A stretch of 63,887 nucleotides of DNA, the filler included. It is 6 parts of 6 records of this genome, joined end to end, with 100 filler letters (N's around TTAATTAATTAA, not from the genome) between each part and the next. Parts side by side here need not be neighbours in the genome. Positions count along the whole stretch, not along the records: positions 1 to 15,564 come from SRR2962707_3639; positions 15,665 to 23,477 come from SRR2962707_3646; positions 23,578 to 38,294 come from SRR2962707_3647; 3 more parts are not named here. One strand, written 5' to 3'. The position numbers were made by a program, and so were the translations under genes. This document shows, piece by piece, positions 14,001-24,494 of the stretch. Position 1 is the stretch's first letter; each line of letters starts with the position of its first letter. Below the pieces are notes generated by a model. The model was not told where the DNA came from, searched no databases, and was given only the letters and a program-made list of their open reading frames with translations.

Positions 14001-14949
14001 CCCGCCACTCAGGGGTTAAGTGAACATTCCAACGGCTCTGTTCCTCTTGCCAATTCTTAAGACTGTGCAGTACGTTGTTATCAACAAGTGCCCGGCTAGC
14101 CCCTCGAGGAGACATGATTTTGTATTCAACGATTGCCGTTTTAAGGGATCTAACGTACTGAGCTTGGATCTCAGCCACAATACCCAGAAGAATTTGCTCC
14201 GCACCAGGCGCGCTGTGATGATTGCGGACTTTGCGAAGGCAGTGTTGCACCCATTGCTTATTCAAAGGAAGTAGCGCATCATCAGGCTCAGCCTCGATGG
14301 CGTCATGGAAGTGAGAAAGGTTGAGCTGAGCAACCTCCAGCGAAGGCTGCTGGGTTGCGACACCTCCCCTGCGAGCTCGCGGAGAGCCACCGCCAACGCC
14401 GCCCGTATCCCCCGTGTCGTTGCTGATCGATCCATGTAGTGATGGTTGCCAGTCGTCGGCACTATACCTCTTGCGATCAGTTCGCTTTGGAGACGGAAGA
14501 AGAGTGCTCGCCCCTTTGCCTGAGTGAACAGGGATATGCAGAGGATCAAGCAGCGCAGGGACCTTGATGGACTGCAAATCGGCCCTCGAGAAAGGGTTCT
14601 CCGCAGACAGCTTGGCCCCTGTCGTGGGGTTCACGGTTCGTTCAATTTCTGAGATGGTGAGCATTTTCGCCGTTGCAGTGTAGTTACGGCCGATTCGGTC
14701 ACTGGGACGCACGTGAGCAGCGTCGTCCACCCGTGCGTACTGATTGAGCGTGTTTGCAGGTTCCGCATACAGCTTCGGCAACTGTGCGACTTTGATATCA
14801 AGCGGGTTCCTCACGCCCTTTCGCATGGCGAGATCTGAAGGCAGAGTGAATGCTCGCGGGGAGGGACGACTGTCTCCCTCATCACCCGGTCCATCACGCT
14901 TGACCCAGATACCCGAACGAGTGAGCACTCGCTGCTCAAAGTTCGACAT
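2098..14949 (-). CDS. Axonemal inner-arm dynein heavy chain (DNAH7/DNAH3-like), ~4239 aa; exons 14949-12914 and 12781-2098
   Basis: P-loops GPAGTGKT, GLPFAGKT, GVTGTGKS and GVGGSGRQS; CFDEFNRI; stalk coiled coil; C-terminal YKTSDRRGVLATTGHSSNFV. The 690-aa and 3585-aa ORFs join in frame through a GTGTGT...TTAG intron at 12913-12782. Confidence 0.95.
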
Positions 14950-15536
14950 TGTGAAACGACAGCGAGCTGGGTCGGCTCAACAAGACTCACACAGGCGCAA
15001 TGGAACGAATGGTCGGCAAGGACAGCAACGGAAAAAAAAAAAAGTATACAATCACCGACCACACACCACACTCCGCTACGCAGAGAAAGAAATGCAACAA
15101 GTAGAAAGAAGAAAAGAACGTAACAACCCACGGGCAACTCCACCCGGGTGAGGCGCACGCTGACAATACGCGCGCGCTCGATGTTCTCTGGATCCACCAC
15201 AACAAAAAAGCCAACGAAAAGCGAACAAAAAAGCAGAAAGAAAGCGGCAAAGAAGCAAAGCCCCCACAAAACAGCAACTCAGCCACACGCAAAGCATGCG
15301 CGCGAACCACTCCCTCGAACTGCTCCCGTTCCCCGACACACTTGGACCCTCTTCTCCACACAGTTGACTGAAGCCCACACGAACGCACACACACCACTCA
15401 AGAGCGAGACTCTTACAACCACAACAGAGAGATCGGAACTCAGCGACCACAAGTGGCGAGGTTCACCACCGACACACGACAGACGCAGAGACACACACGC
15501 CGAAACGCGAGAGTAGATCTGGTGGAGCGTGGACGC

Positions 15537-15564
15537 GAGTGAGTGAGGGAGGGAGTGAGTGAGT
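15537..15564. repeat. (GAGT/GAGG)n microsatellite at contig end
   Basis: gagtgagtgagggagggagtgagtgagt. Confidence 0.8.
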
Positions 15565-15664
15565 NNNNNNNNNNNNNNNNNNNNNNNNNNNNNNNNNNNN
15601 NNNNNNNNTTAATTAATTAANNNNNNNNNNNNNNNNNNNNNNNNNNNNNNNNNNNNNNNNNNNN
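15565..15664. other. Artificial contig-joining linker 1 (N44-TTAATTAATTAA-N44)
   Basis: 100-bp spacer carrying the all-frame stop 12-mer. GC content and gene style change abruptly across it. Confidence 0.99.
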
Positions 15665-15977
15665 GAATGTCCGAGTAAAAATACAAGACCACTTTGCTAT
15701 AAGAAAAAAGACTAAATATTATAAAATTAGCAGTTTAAAGAAACAGTATTACTAAAATCCTCTTTTTATTCATTTTCATCATTACAACGTATTAATTAAG
15801 CACATAATCGATTTTAGTGAAACTTTTTTCAAATAAAAAAACCATAAGAAATACAGCTTCGTAGGTGAGGTTGTTGAAGAGGAATTTAAAGTTAAAATAA
15901 TAATATAAGATACACACCAAACCTACTCTTTTAATACGCTGTGTAAATCCCCTAAACAGTAATGTATTGGATTTTTA

Positions 15978-16011
15978 AAAAAAATAGGCTTACCCTCAGA
16001 GCCTATTTTTT
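15978..16011. terminator. Bidirectional intrinsic terminator overlapping the purE stop codon
   Basis: AAAAAATAGGCT-loop-AGCCTATTTTTT inverted repeat with A and T tails. Confidence 0.75.
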
Positions 16012-16488
16012 TATTTCTTCTGCACCTTTTATAACTTTCTCTTTTAAAGATTCTTTGTAGGCTACTATGTTGTTTTGAACAGAAAGGTCTGCAGAGCCTA
16101 TAATTTGAGCGGCTAGAATACCAGCATTTTTAGCTCCATTAAGCGCTACAGTGGCAACAGGAACGCCTCCAGGCATTTGAAGTATAGAAAGCACAGAATC
16201 CCATCCGTCGATAGAGTTACTACTTTTTACAGGAACCCCAATTACAGGAAGCGGAGATAGCGAAGCTACCATTCCTGGTAAATGCGCAGCACCACCAGCA
16301 CCAGCAATAATTACAGAAATCCCATTTTTATGAGCATTCTTACCGAAGTCGTACATTTTTTCTGGCGTACGGTGTGCAGAAACTATATCTACCGTTACTT
16401 CAATTCCTAATTCTTTTAAAACATCTATTGCGTCTTGCATTACTGGGAGGTCACTCGTGCTCCCCATGATAACTGCTACTTTTGCCAT
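16003..16488 (-). CDS. purE: N5-carboxyaminoimidazole ribonucleotide mutase
   Basis: VIMGSTSD, VSAHRTP, IAGAGGAAHLPG, SILQMPGGVPVATV motifs. Confidence 0.97.
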   Translation of the reverse strand: MAKVAVIMGSTSDLPVMQDAIDVLKELGIEVTVDIVSAHRTPEKMYDFGKNAHKNGISVIIAGAGGAAHLPGMVASLSPLPVIGVPVKSSNSIDGWDSVLSILQMPGGVPVATVALNGAKNAGILAAQIIGSADLSVQNNIVAYKESLKEKVIKGAEEIKK

Positions 16489-16517
16489 TTTTTAAAATTT
16501 GTATTCTTAATTTAAAA

Positions 16518-16552
16518 TTGCCTATTGCCTATTGCCTATTGCCTACTGCCTA
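16518..16552. repeat. Heptamer tandem repeat (TTGCCTA)x4 + CTGCCTA between purK and purE
   Basis: Read directly from the sequence. Confidence 0.9.
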
Positions 16553-16567
16553 TCGTCTTAAATAATT

Positions 16568-17722
16568 TTATTCAGCAATAACCCTAATACTTTTCTTTAC
16601 CTGTTCTGCTATTTCTCTAGCTTTGGCTATATCTTTATTTACAATAGTTACGTGTCCCATTTTTCTAAACGGACGTGTTTCTCGTTTTCCGTAAATATGT
16701 GGTGTAACCCCTTCCATTGCCATAATTTTTTCAATGTTTTTGTATACAACAGAACCAGTATAGTTTTCATCCCCTACCAAATTAACCATAATACCTGCTA
16801 CCTTACTTTCTGTGTTGCCTAATGGAAGTCCTAAAATAGCACGAATTTGTTGTTCAAATTGATTGGTATAGCTGGCTTCAATACTGTAATGTCCACTGTT
16901 ATGAGGGCGTGGAGCTACTTCATTTACTAAGATTTCATCGTTTTCTGTTTGAAACATTTCAACAGCCAAAAGTCCAACATGTTCATAAGCTTTAGAAACT
17001 TTTAAAGCAATGAGCTGTGCTTTTTTTGCAACTTCTTCACTAATACGAGCTGGACAAATTACATATTCCACTTGGTTGGCTTCTGGATGAAACTCCATTT
17101 CTACTACTGGATATGTTTTTACATTCCCTTTGCTATCACGTGCCACAATTACTGCCAATTCATTTTTAAAAGGAATCATTTTTTCAGCAATACACTCACC
17201 CTCTGGTAAACCTTCCAAATCAGAATAAGTTCTAATTACTTTTACACCCTGACCATCATAACCAAAACGAGCGCTTTTCCATACAAAAGGAAAGGCTAGA
17301 GATTCGTTTTTAACAGCATTTAGTATTTCATCAGGATAAGCAAAGCGTTTAAAATCGGCTGTTGGAATTTGGTGATCAACATAAAACAGTTTTTGTGTAG
17401 CTTTATTATTGATGGTTTTTAATGTTTTAGCAGAAGGAAAAACAGTTTTTCCTTCTTTTTCTAATTGTGCTAGTGCGTCAACGTTTACATTTTCAATTTC
17501 AAAAGTTAAAACATCTACTTTTTTTCCGAACTCATAAACTGTGTCGTAATCCATTAAATCGCCTTGGAAAAATTCATTACAAGCTATTCTAGAAGGAGCA
17601 TCATTACTTGGATCTAGCACAAGGGTTTGGATATCATACTTTCTTGTTTCGTAAAGCATCATTTTACCAAGTTGTCCACCGCCTAAAATACCAAGTTTAA
17701 AATCTGATGAAAAGTAGTTCAT
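16568..17722 (-). CDS. purK: N5-CAIR synthase (ATP-grasp)
   Basis: GILGGGQLG, GYDGQG, NEVAPRPHNSGH, YGK..RPFRKMGH; adjacent to purE. Confidence 0.97.
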   Translation of the reverse strand: MNYFSSDFKLGILGGGQLGKMMLYETRKYDIQTLVLDPSNDAPSRIACNEFFQGDLMDYDTVYEFGKKVDVLTFEIENVNVDALAQLEKEGKTVFPSAKTLKTINNKATQKLFYVDHQIPTADFKRFAYPDEILNAVKNESLAFPFVWKSARFGYDGQGVKVIRTYSDLEGLPEGECIAEKMIPFKNELAVIVARDSKGNVKTYPVVEMEFHPEANQVEYVICPARISEEVAKKAQLIALKVSKAYEHVGLLAVEMFQTENDEILVNEVAPRPHNSGHYSIEASYTNQFEQQIRAILGLPLGNTESKVAGIMVNLVGDENYTGSVVYKNIEKIMAMEGVTPHIYGKRETRPFRKMGHVTIVNKDIAKAREIAEQVKKSIRVIAE

Positions 17723-17787
17723 GTTCTTATATTTTTAAAACTGACTGTATGTTTCTGCTACAAATTGTAAATACAAATTTGATTTTG

Positions 17788-17795
17788 CAAAAGTA
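17788..17795 (-). promoter_or_regulatory. Bacteroidota sigma-A -7 element (TACTTTTG) for purK-purE
   Basis: Matches TAnnTTTG, ~65 bp upstream of the purK start. Confidence 0.55.
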
Positions 17796-18087
17796 TGGCT
17801 AAATATGAAATCTACATAATTAATCCCTCACAGAGGGTTTAATTCTCCGATTTGCTGTGTCTAAATAAATTAAGGTTGTTTTGTCTGATACCTCATGGGC
17901 TTGCCCTGAAGTAGTTCATTAGAGCGTAAGAATACACTTTTGTTTGAGAGGCTTTTAAAAATTAAGTTTTAAGCAATTAAATGCTAACTATTTGGTTATA
18001 ACTATATAAAAGAGCGATTTTTTTGTGAAAAAAGTGTAATTATTGCTGAAAACGATTAAATTTAAAGGAAAACAAAAATCTAAATGG

Positions 18088-18095
18088 TATCTTTG
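18088..18095 (+). promoter_or_regulatory. Bacteroidota sigma-A -7 element (TATCTTTG) for hpt-adk
   Basis: Exact TAnnTTTG, 22 bp upstream of the probable TTG start. Confidence 0.6.
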
Positions 18096-18117
18096 CAACT
18101 TTATAATTTTTAGGAGA

Positions 18118-18648
18118 TTGATTAAGCTTCACGATAAATATTTTGAACCTTTTATTTCTGCAGAAGAAATAGATGCTGCCATAAAAAAGATGGTGGAAAA
18201 GGTAAAAGCCGATTTTAAAGATGAGACACCTATTTTTATATGTGTGTTAAATGGTGCTTTTATGTTTGCCTCAGACTTTATGAAGCATTACGACCAAGAT
18301 TGTGAGATTACTTTTGTTAAATTAAGTTCTTACCGAGGGATGTCGTCTACAGGAATAGTAAAAACACTTTTAGATGTTCCAGATACTGTAGAGGAAAGAA
18401 GTGTTGTTATTTTAGAGGATGTTATTGACACTGGAAATACCGTAAAAGAACTGGTCTCTATGTTTTCTCAAATTAATGTAAAGAGGTTTAAAATAGCATC
18501 TATGTTTTACAAACCAGAAATATATAGCGGGGAGTATAATATTGATTATGTTGGGATTGAAATTCCCGACAAGTTTATTGTAGGTTATGGGCTTGATTAT
18601 GACGAATTAGGAAGAAATTTACCAGAAGTATATAAAATAAAAGAATAA
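18118..18648 (+). CDS. hpt: Hypoxanthine phosphoribosyltransferase (probable TTG start at 18118)
   Basis: PRPP-binding VILEDVIDTGNT, VLNGAFMF, FIVGYGLDY. The ORF-track start at 18043 lies upstream of the promoter element. Confidence 0.9.
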   Translation: MIKLHDKYFEPFISAEEIDAAIKKMVEKVKADFKDETPIFICVLNGAFMFASDFMKHYDQDCEITFVKLSSYRGMSSTGIVKTLLDVPDTVEERSVVILEDVIDTGNTVKELVSMFSQINVKRFKIASMFYKPEIYSGEYNIDYVGIEIPDKFIVGYGLDYDELGRNLPEVYKIKE

Positions 18649-18651
18649 AAT

Positions 18652-19224
18652 ATGATCAATTTAGTACTGTTCGGAAAACCAGGAGCAGGTAAAGGTACAC
18701 AAGCTAATTTTTTAAAAGAGAAATACAATTTAAAGCATATATCTACCGGCGATGTTTTCAGATTTAATATTAAAAACGGCACTGAATTAGGTACACTAGC
18801 TAAGTCATATATTGACAAGGGAGAGTTGGTTCCAGATGAAGTAACTATTAACATGCTTAAAGCTGAAGTAGAGAAAAATCCGGACGCTAGTGGTTTTATT
18901 TTTGACGGTTTTCCAAGAACAAATGCACAGGCAGAAGCTCTAGACGATTTGTTGGAAGAAAAAGAAATGAAAATTGATGCAACAATAGCGTTAGAGGCAG
19001 ATGATGAAGTTTTAATCCAACGCCTATTAGAACGTGGGAAAGTAAGCGGAAGAAGTGATGATCAAGACGAAAGTAAAATTAGAAATCGTTTTGACGAATA
19101 CAACGAGAAAACAGCTCCTTTGATGCAGTATTATAAGAAGCAAGATAAATTCCACAGTGTAAACGGAATTGGATCTATTGAAGATATTACAGAGCGTTTG
19201 AGTAAAGTTATTGCTACGCTTTAA
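18652..19224 (+). CDS. adk: Adenylate kinase (short LID type)
   Basis: GKPGAGKGTQA, HISTGD, FDGFPRT, GRSDD. Confidence 0.97.
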   Translation: MINLVLFGKPGAGKGTQANFLKEKYNLKHISTGDVFRFNIKNGTELGTLAKSYIDKGELVPDEVTINMLKAEVEKNPDASGFIFDGFPRTNAQAEALDDLLEEKEMKIDATIALEADDEVLIQRLLERGKVSGRSDDQDESKIRNRFDEYNEKTAPLMQYYKKQDKFHSVNGIGSIEDITERLSKVIATL

Positions 19225-19343
19225 TGATTGTAACTACCTTGAGTTTGTTTAAACGAGGTTGACTAAATAAGTCATGAGGTATTATAATATTACATCAAAA
19301 TGTAAACTCCTTCAAAGAGTTTATTAAGCTTTATATATAGTGA

Positions 19344-19384
19344 GCGCTCTCTGAATTTAAGAATTATGAGAGCGTATTTTTTTG
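19344..19384 (+). terminator. Possible intrinsic terminator between adk and obgE
   Basis: GCGCTCTC...GAGAGCGT stem followed by a T run; the loop is long. Confidence 0.45.
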
Positions 19385-19456
19385 AAAAACATAGTGAAGA
19401 ATTTTTAGTATAAAATTGGACAGCTAATCAATTTTACAATACAAAAACATATTTAA

Positions 19457-20470
19457 ATGACAGAAGGGAATTTTACAGATTATGTAAAGATTAGAGTGAC
19501 ATCTGGTAAAGGTGGGCAGGGATCCGCACATTTACGCAGGGAAAAATATGTAGCTTATGGTGGGCCAGATGGTGGAGATGGTGGTCGTGGAGGTCATGTA
19601 ATAATTCAGGGAGATAAAAATCTTTGGACACTTTTTCATTTTAAATTTAAAAGAGTGTACCAAGCAGGGCATGGAGAACATGGGAGTAAACAAACCAGTA
19701 CAGGTGCCGATGGAGCAGACGTTTATATGAAAGTTCCTCTGGGGACTCAAGTAAAGGATGCCGAAACTAATGAGGTTTTGTTTGAAATTACCGAAGATGG
19801 GGAAGAAAGAATCATCGCTAAAGGTGGAAAAGGTGGTTTAGGTAATAATCATTTTAAATCGGCTACCAATCAAACCCCTCGATATGCTCAAACGGGCTTG
19901 CCTGGAGAAGAGCGAGAAATTTTATTAGAGCTAAAATTATTAGCCGATGTTGGTTTAGTTGGTTTTCCAAATGCAGGAAAATCTACCTTACTTTCTGTAA
20001 TTACTTCAGCAAAACCAAAAATTGCAGACTATGAGTTTACCACGCTAAAACCTAATTTAGGAATTGTTCAGTACAGAGATTTTAGGACTTTTGTAATGGC
20101 AGATATCCCTGGAATTATAGAAGGAGCTTCCGAAGGAAAAGGTTTAGGGTATTACTTTTTAAGGCATATTGAGCGGAATTCAACCTTGTTATTCTTGGTT
20201 CCAGCAGATGCAAAAGATATCTATAAAGAATATGAAATTCTTTTAAACGAACTTCAAAAATACAATCCAGAATTACTAGATAAGGAACGTTTGGTAGCTA
20301 TTTCAAAATCGGATATGTTAGACGATGAGTTAAAATCCGAAATGAAAATAGAACTCGATAAAAATTTTAAAGAAATAGATTATATGTTTATTTCTTCTGT
20401 AGCTCAACAAGGGATTCAGCAATTAAAAGATAAATTGTGGATTATGTTGAATAAAAATGAAGAAGACTAG
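19457..20470 (+). CDS. obgE: GTPase ObgE/CgtA
   Basis: Gly-rich Obg domain ([12 protein letters not shown]), [16 protein letters not shown]. Confidence 0.97.
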   Translation: MTEGNFTDYVKIRVTSGKGGQGSAHLRREKYVAYGGPDGGDGGRGGHVIIQGDKNLWTLFHFKFKRVYQAGHGEHGSKQTSTGADGADVYMKVPLGTQVKDAETNEVLFEITEDGEERIIAKGGKGGLGNNHFKSATNQTPRYAQTGLPGEEREILLELKLLADVGLVGFPNAGKSTLLSVITSAKPKIADYEFTTLKPNLGIVQYRDFRTFVMADIPGIIEGASEGKGLGYYFLRHIERNSTLLFLVPADAKDIYKEYEILLNELQKYNPELLDKERLVAISKSDMLDDELKSEMKIELDKNFKEIDYMFISSVAQQGIQQLKDKLWIMLNKNEED

Positions 20471-20511
20471 ATACAAGTTTTTTTTGCTTAATTTTAGCAA
20501 AAAAGAAGGCT

Positions 20512-21033
20512 ATGTATTCCAAATCTTTAGGATTTTTTTGTTGCTTGATCTTGTGTGCTTGTGGAAGCGTTCAAGTAGCGTATGATTACGATAAGAAAAA
20601 AGATTTTTCCAATTATAAAAGCTACGATTATTACCCAGAAATGGAAAGTGGCTTAAGCGATCTAGATAATAAACGACTGTTTAGACATATAGATAGTTTA
20701 TTGCAAACACGCGGTTTTGAGTATTCTACAACGCCAGATATTTATATCAATATTAAAACTTCAACCCGACCAAAACCTAGCAATAGTTCGGTAGGAATTG
20801 GGATTGGAGGTACAGGAAGAAATATTGGTGGAGGCGTTTCTGTAGGACTTCCCGTTGGCGGTGCCGAGCAGTATAGAGAAATTATATTTGATATAGTAGA
20901 TGCCACTGAAGACGAGTTAATTTGGCAAGCAGTAAGTGAAGGAACTATTTCTGAACAAATGACTCCAGAAATACGTGATGCCAAACTAAAAGCAGTTGTA
21001 GATAAAGTGTTTTCTAATTATCCTCCACAGTAA
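20512..21033 (+). CDS. DUF4136-like lipoprotein
   Basis: Lipobox-like LCAC, YDYD..DFS.YKSY, Gly-rich strand, DIVDA...LIWQA, C-terminal YPP. Confidence 0.75.
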   Translation: MYSKSLGFFCCLILCACGSVQVAYDYDKKKDFSNYKSYDYYPEMESGLSDLDNKRLFRHIDSLLQTRGFEYSTTPDIYINIKTSTRPKPSNSSVGIGIGGTGRNIGGGVSVGLPVGGAEQYREIIFDIVDATEDELIWQAVSEGTISEQMTPEIRDAKLKAVVDKVFSNYPPQ

Positions 21034-21046
21034 TAATTTCTTCCAA

Positions 21047-21943
21047 ATGATTGTTAACAATAAATCCTTAGGACTACTTTTTTTATTGATTGGATTTATT
21101 GTTTCTGCTCAGCAGTCGAGTTTAGAGAAGGCAAATTCTTTTATAAAGTCTAATAAAATTGCTCAAGCAAAAGAAGTATTGCTTTTAGCTTCCCAAAAAA
21201 ATCCAGACCCGAAAATAATAGAGCGTTTAGGCGATGTCTATGGAATTGAAAAAGATTGGGATGCTGCAGCAAAGTATTATAAGATTTTAGTTGATAAAGA
21301 TCCTAAAAATGCCAACTACCATTTTAAGTATGGCGGTGTTTTAGGGATGATTTCTTTGGAAAGTAAAATAAGAGCGTTAACACTTCTTGATGATGTAAAG
21401 GAGCATTTTAAGATTGCTTGTGCGTTGGATGAAGAGCACCTTGATGTGCGTTGGGCTTCTATAGATTTATACCTTAAGCTTCCAGGAATATTAGGCGGGA
21501 GTAATAATAAGGCGTATCAATATTCTGAAGAATTATCTGCAATTGCTCCTATAGAAGGCTATTTATCTAAAGGCTTTATTGAAGCTGAACGGAATAATGA
21601 AAAATTGGCTACAACTTATTATCAAAGAGCTTTGGATGTGGTGGCAAAAAATAGTTTTCCTGATAAAAATTATAGAAGAAAAGATATTCATTATCAAATA
21701 GGAGATATTGCTTATCAATATAAGTATCAAATAAAAACTGGAATTGATCATATGTTGGTATATAAAAATCTTCATACCCCAGAAAGTATAATTCCGTTAG
21801 AAGATGTTTATTATAGGTTGGCTGTGCTGTACCGTTACCAAAAAAATAAGGACAAAGCCAATTATTATATTGAAGAAGCCATAGTGCGAAACCCAAATTC
21901 AAAAGATTTTATTTCAGAAAATAAAAAAATTAAAGCCCTGTAA
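21047..21943 (+). CDS. Exported tetratricopeptide-repeat protein
   Basis: Signal peptide and TPR-like helices (LGDVYGIEKDWDAAAKYYKILVDKDPKNANYH). Confidence 0.8.
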   Translation: MIVNNKSLGLLFLLIGFIVSAQQSSLEKANSFIKSNKIAQAKEVLLLASQKNPDPKIIERLGDVYGIEKDWDAAAKYYKILVDKDPKNANYHFKYGGVLGMISLESKIRALTLLDDVKEHFKIACALDEEHLDVRWASIDLYLKLPGILGGSNNKAYQYSEELSAIAPIEGYLSKGFIEAERNNEKLATTYYQRALDVVAKNSFPDKNYRRKDIHYQIGDIAYQYKYQIKTGIDHMLVYKNLHTPESIIPLEDVYYRLAVLYRYQKNKDKANYYIEEAIVRNPNSKDFISENKKIKAL

Positions 21944-22013
21944 TTTTTAAGCTGATTTATATTTTTACTCGGATATTAATGGTTTTAAATGAATTAATAT
22001 ATTCTGCTGAAGG

Positions 22014-22045
22014 TTTGTCTATAGCAAATTGTCCTTTTATCTTTA
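22014..22045 (+). promoter_or_regulatory. Bacteroidota-type promoter (TTTG-N20-TATCTTTA) for the Mur ligase gene
   Basis: -33 TTTG and a near-consensus -7 element at canonical spacing. Confidence 0.5.
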
Positions 22046-22075
22046 CAGTCTGAATACGATTTAAAAATTACTACA

Positions 22076-23437
22076 TTGAAAATACATTTCATTGCCATTG
22101 GTGGAAGTGCTATGCACAACTTGGCACTTGCTTTACATAACAAAGGATATAAAATAACTGGAAGTGACGATGTTATTTTTGAACCTTCCAAATCTCGTTT
22201 GGAGGCTAAAGATTTATGTCCAGAAAGTTTTGGTTGGTTTCCAGAAAAAATTACAGCAGATTTAGATGCTGTAATTCTTGGAATGCATGCAAAAGCAGAC
22301 AATCCAGAGCTGAAGAAAGCAAAGGAAATGGGATTGAAAATATATTCGTATCCAGAATTTATTTACGAGCAGAGTAAATACAAAACCCGAGTTGTAATAG
22401 GTGGGAGTCACGGAAAAACCACTATAACTTCTATGATTTTGCATGTGTTGCATTATCATGATATTGATGTGGATTACATGGTAGGAGCTCAACTTGAAGG
22501 TTTTGATACCATGGTGAAACTTACCGAAGAAAATGATTTTATTGTATTAGAAGGAGATGAGTATTTGTCTTCTCCAATAGATAGGCGACCAAAATTTCAT
22601 CTTTATCAACCAAATATAGCGTTGTTAAGCGGGATTGCTTGGGATCATATTAATGTGTTTCCAACTTTTGAGAATTATGTAGAGCAGTTTAAAATTTTTG
22701 TTGATTCAATTGTTGAAGGGGGAAGTATTACCTATAATGAAGAAGACACTGAGGTGGTAAACGTAGTGGAAGCTTCTGAAAATCAAATTCGAAAAATTCC
22801 ATATTCTACTCCAGAGTTTACTGTTGAAGACGGTGTAACCTATTTAGAAACTCCAGAAGGCGCTATGCCGATTGAGGTTTTTGGAAGGCATAATTTAAAT
22901 AATTTGGCAGGAGCCAAATGGCTTTGTCAGCACATGGGGGTAGATGAAGACGATTTTTATGAGGCTATTGCAAGTTTTAAAGGAGCATCTAAACGTTTAG
23001 ATAAATTAGCAGAAAAAGGAGACAGTGTTATTTATAAGGATTTTGCCCATGCTCCAAGTAAGGTTGCGGCTACTTTAACTGCTGTTAGAGAGCAATTTCC
23101 AGAGAGAAAAGTGGTTGCTTGTTTAGAGTTACATACTTACAGTAGCTTAAATGCAACATTTTTAAAAGAATATAAAAATACACTTGATAATGCAGATATA
23201 GCAGTGGTGTTTTTCTCCCCAGAAGCTGTTAAAATTAAACAATTAGAAGAAGTTTCTGCGTCTCAAATTGAAGAGGCTTTTAACCGAGAAGATTTAATTG
23301 TCTACACAAATCCTGCTAGTTTTAAAGAGTATTTATTTAATCTGAAATTAGAAAATTCAGCTTTATTGCTAATGAGTAGCGGGAATTATGGAGGTCTTGA
23401 TTTAGAAGAAGTCAAGGCTTTAGTACATCCGCTTTAG
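22076..23437 (+). CDS. Mur ligase family protein (Mpl/MurC-like peptidoglycan ligase)
   Basis: IHFIAIGGSAM, GSHGKTT, EGDEY, WDHINVF, DFAHAP; TTG start. Confidence 0.88.
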   Translation: MKIHFIAIGGSAMHNLALALHNKGYKITGSDDVIFEPSKSRLEAKDLCPESFGWFPEKITADLDAVILGMHAKADNPELKKAKEMGLKIYSYPEFIYEQSKYKTRVVIGGSHGKTTITSMILHVLHYHDIDVDYMVGAQLEGFDTMVKLTEENDFIVLEGDEYLSSPIDRRPKFHLYQPNIALLSGIAWDHINVFPTFENYVEQFKIFVDSIVEGGSITYNEEDTEVVNVVEASENQIRKIPYSTPEFTVEDGVTYLETPEGAMPIEVFGRHNLNNLAGAKWLCQHMGVDEDDFYEAIASFKGASKRLDKLAEKGDSVIYKDFAHAPSKVAATLTAVREQFPERKVVACLELHTYSSLNATFLKEYKNTLDNADIAVVFFSPEAVKIKQLEEVSASQIEEAFNREDLIVYTNPASFKEYLFNLKLENSALLLMSSGNYGGLDLEEVKALVHPL

Positions 23438-23477
23438 CTTCTAAAACTTATTATACGCCACGAATACACGAATATAT

Positions 23478-23577
23478 NNNNNNNNNNNNNNNNNNNNNNN
23501 NNNNNNNNNNNNNNNNNNNNNTTAATTAATTAANNNNNNNNNNNNNNNNNNNNNNNNNNNNNNNNNNNNNNNNNNNN
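23478..23577. other. Artificial contig-joining linker 2
   Basis: Same spacer. AT-rich Bacteroidota DNA on the left, GC-rich alphaproteobacterial DNA on the right, starting inside secA. Confidence 0.99.
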
Positions 23578-24420
<843 letters not shown>

Positions 24421-24442
24421 AGCAACCGCCGCGAGACATGAC

Positions 24443-24477
24443 AAGGGCCGCCCCCGAAGGTGCGGCCCTTTTCTTTT
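24443..24477 (+). terminator. Intrinsic terminator after secA
   Basis: AAGGGCCGC-loop-GCGGCCCTT followed by TTCTTTT, between convergent genes. Confidence 0.8.
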
Positions 24478-24494
24478 GCGCAGACAAGCGTGCG

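Noticed and set aside
12877-14949. 690-aa ORF as a separate gene, or dynein as a frameshifted pseudogene
   Set aside because: A canonical GT-AG intron (12913-12782) joins it in frame to the motor-domain ORF.
14811-15516. Several hydrophobic or Cys/Val-rich ORFs upstream of dynein
   Set aside because: Low-complexity A/C-rich promoter or UTR sequence with no coding signature.
15665-15960. Possible gene start (MKMNKKRILVILFL) downstream of purE on the minus strand
   Set aside because: It stops after ~15 codons and the other frames also close, so a CDS cannot be supported.
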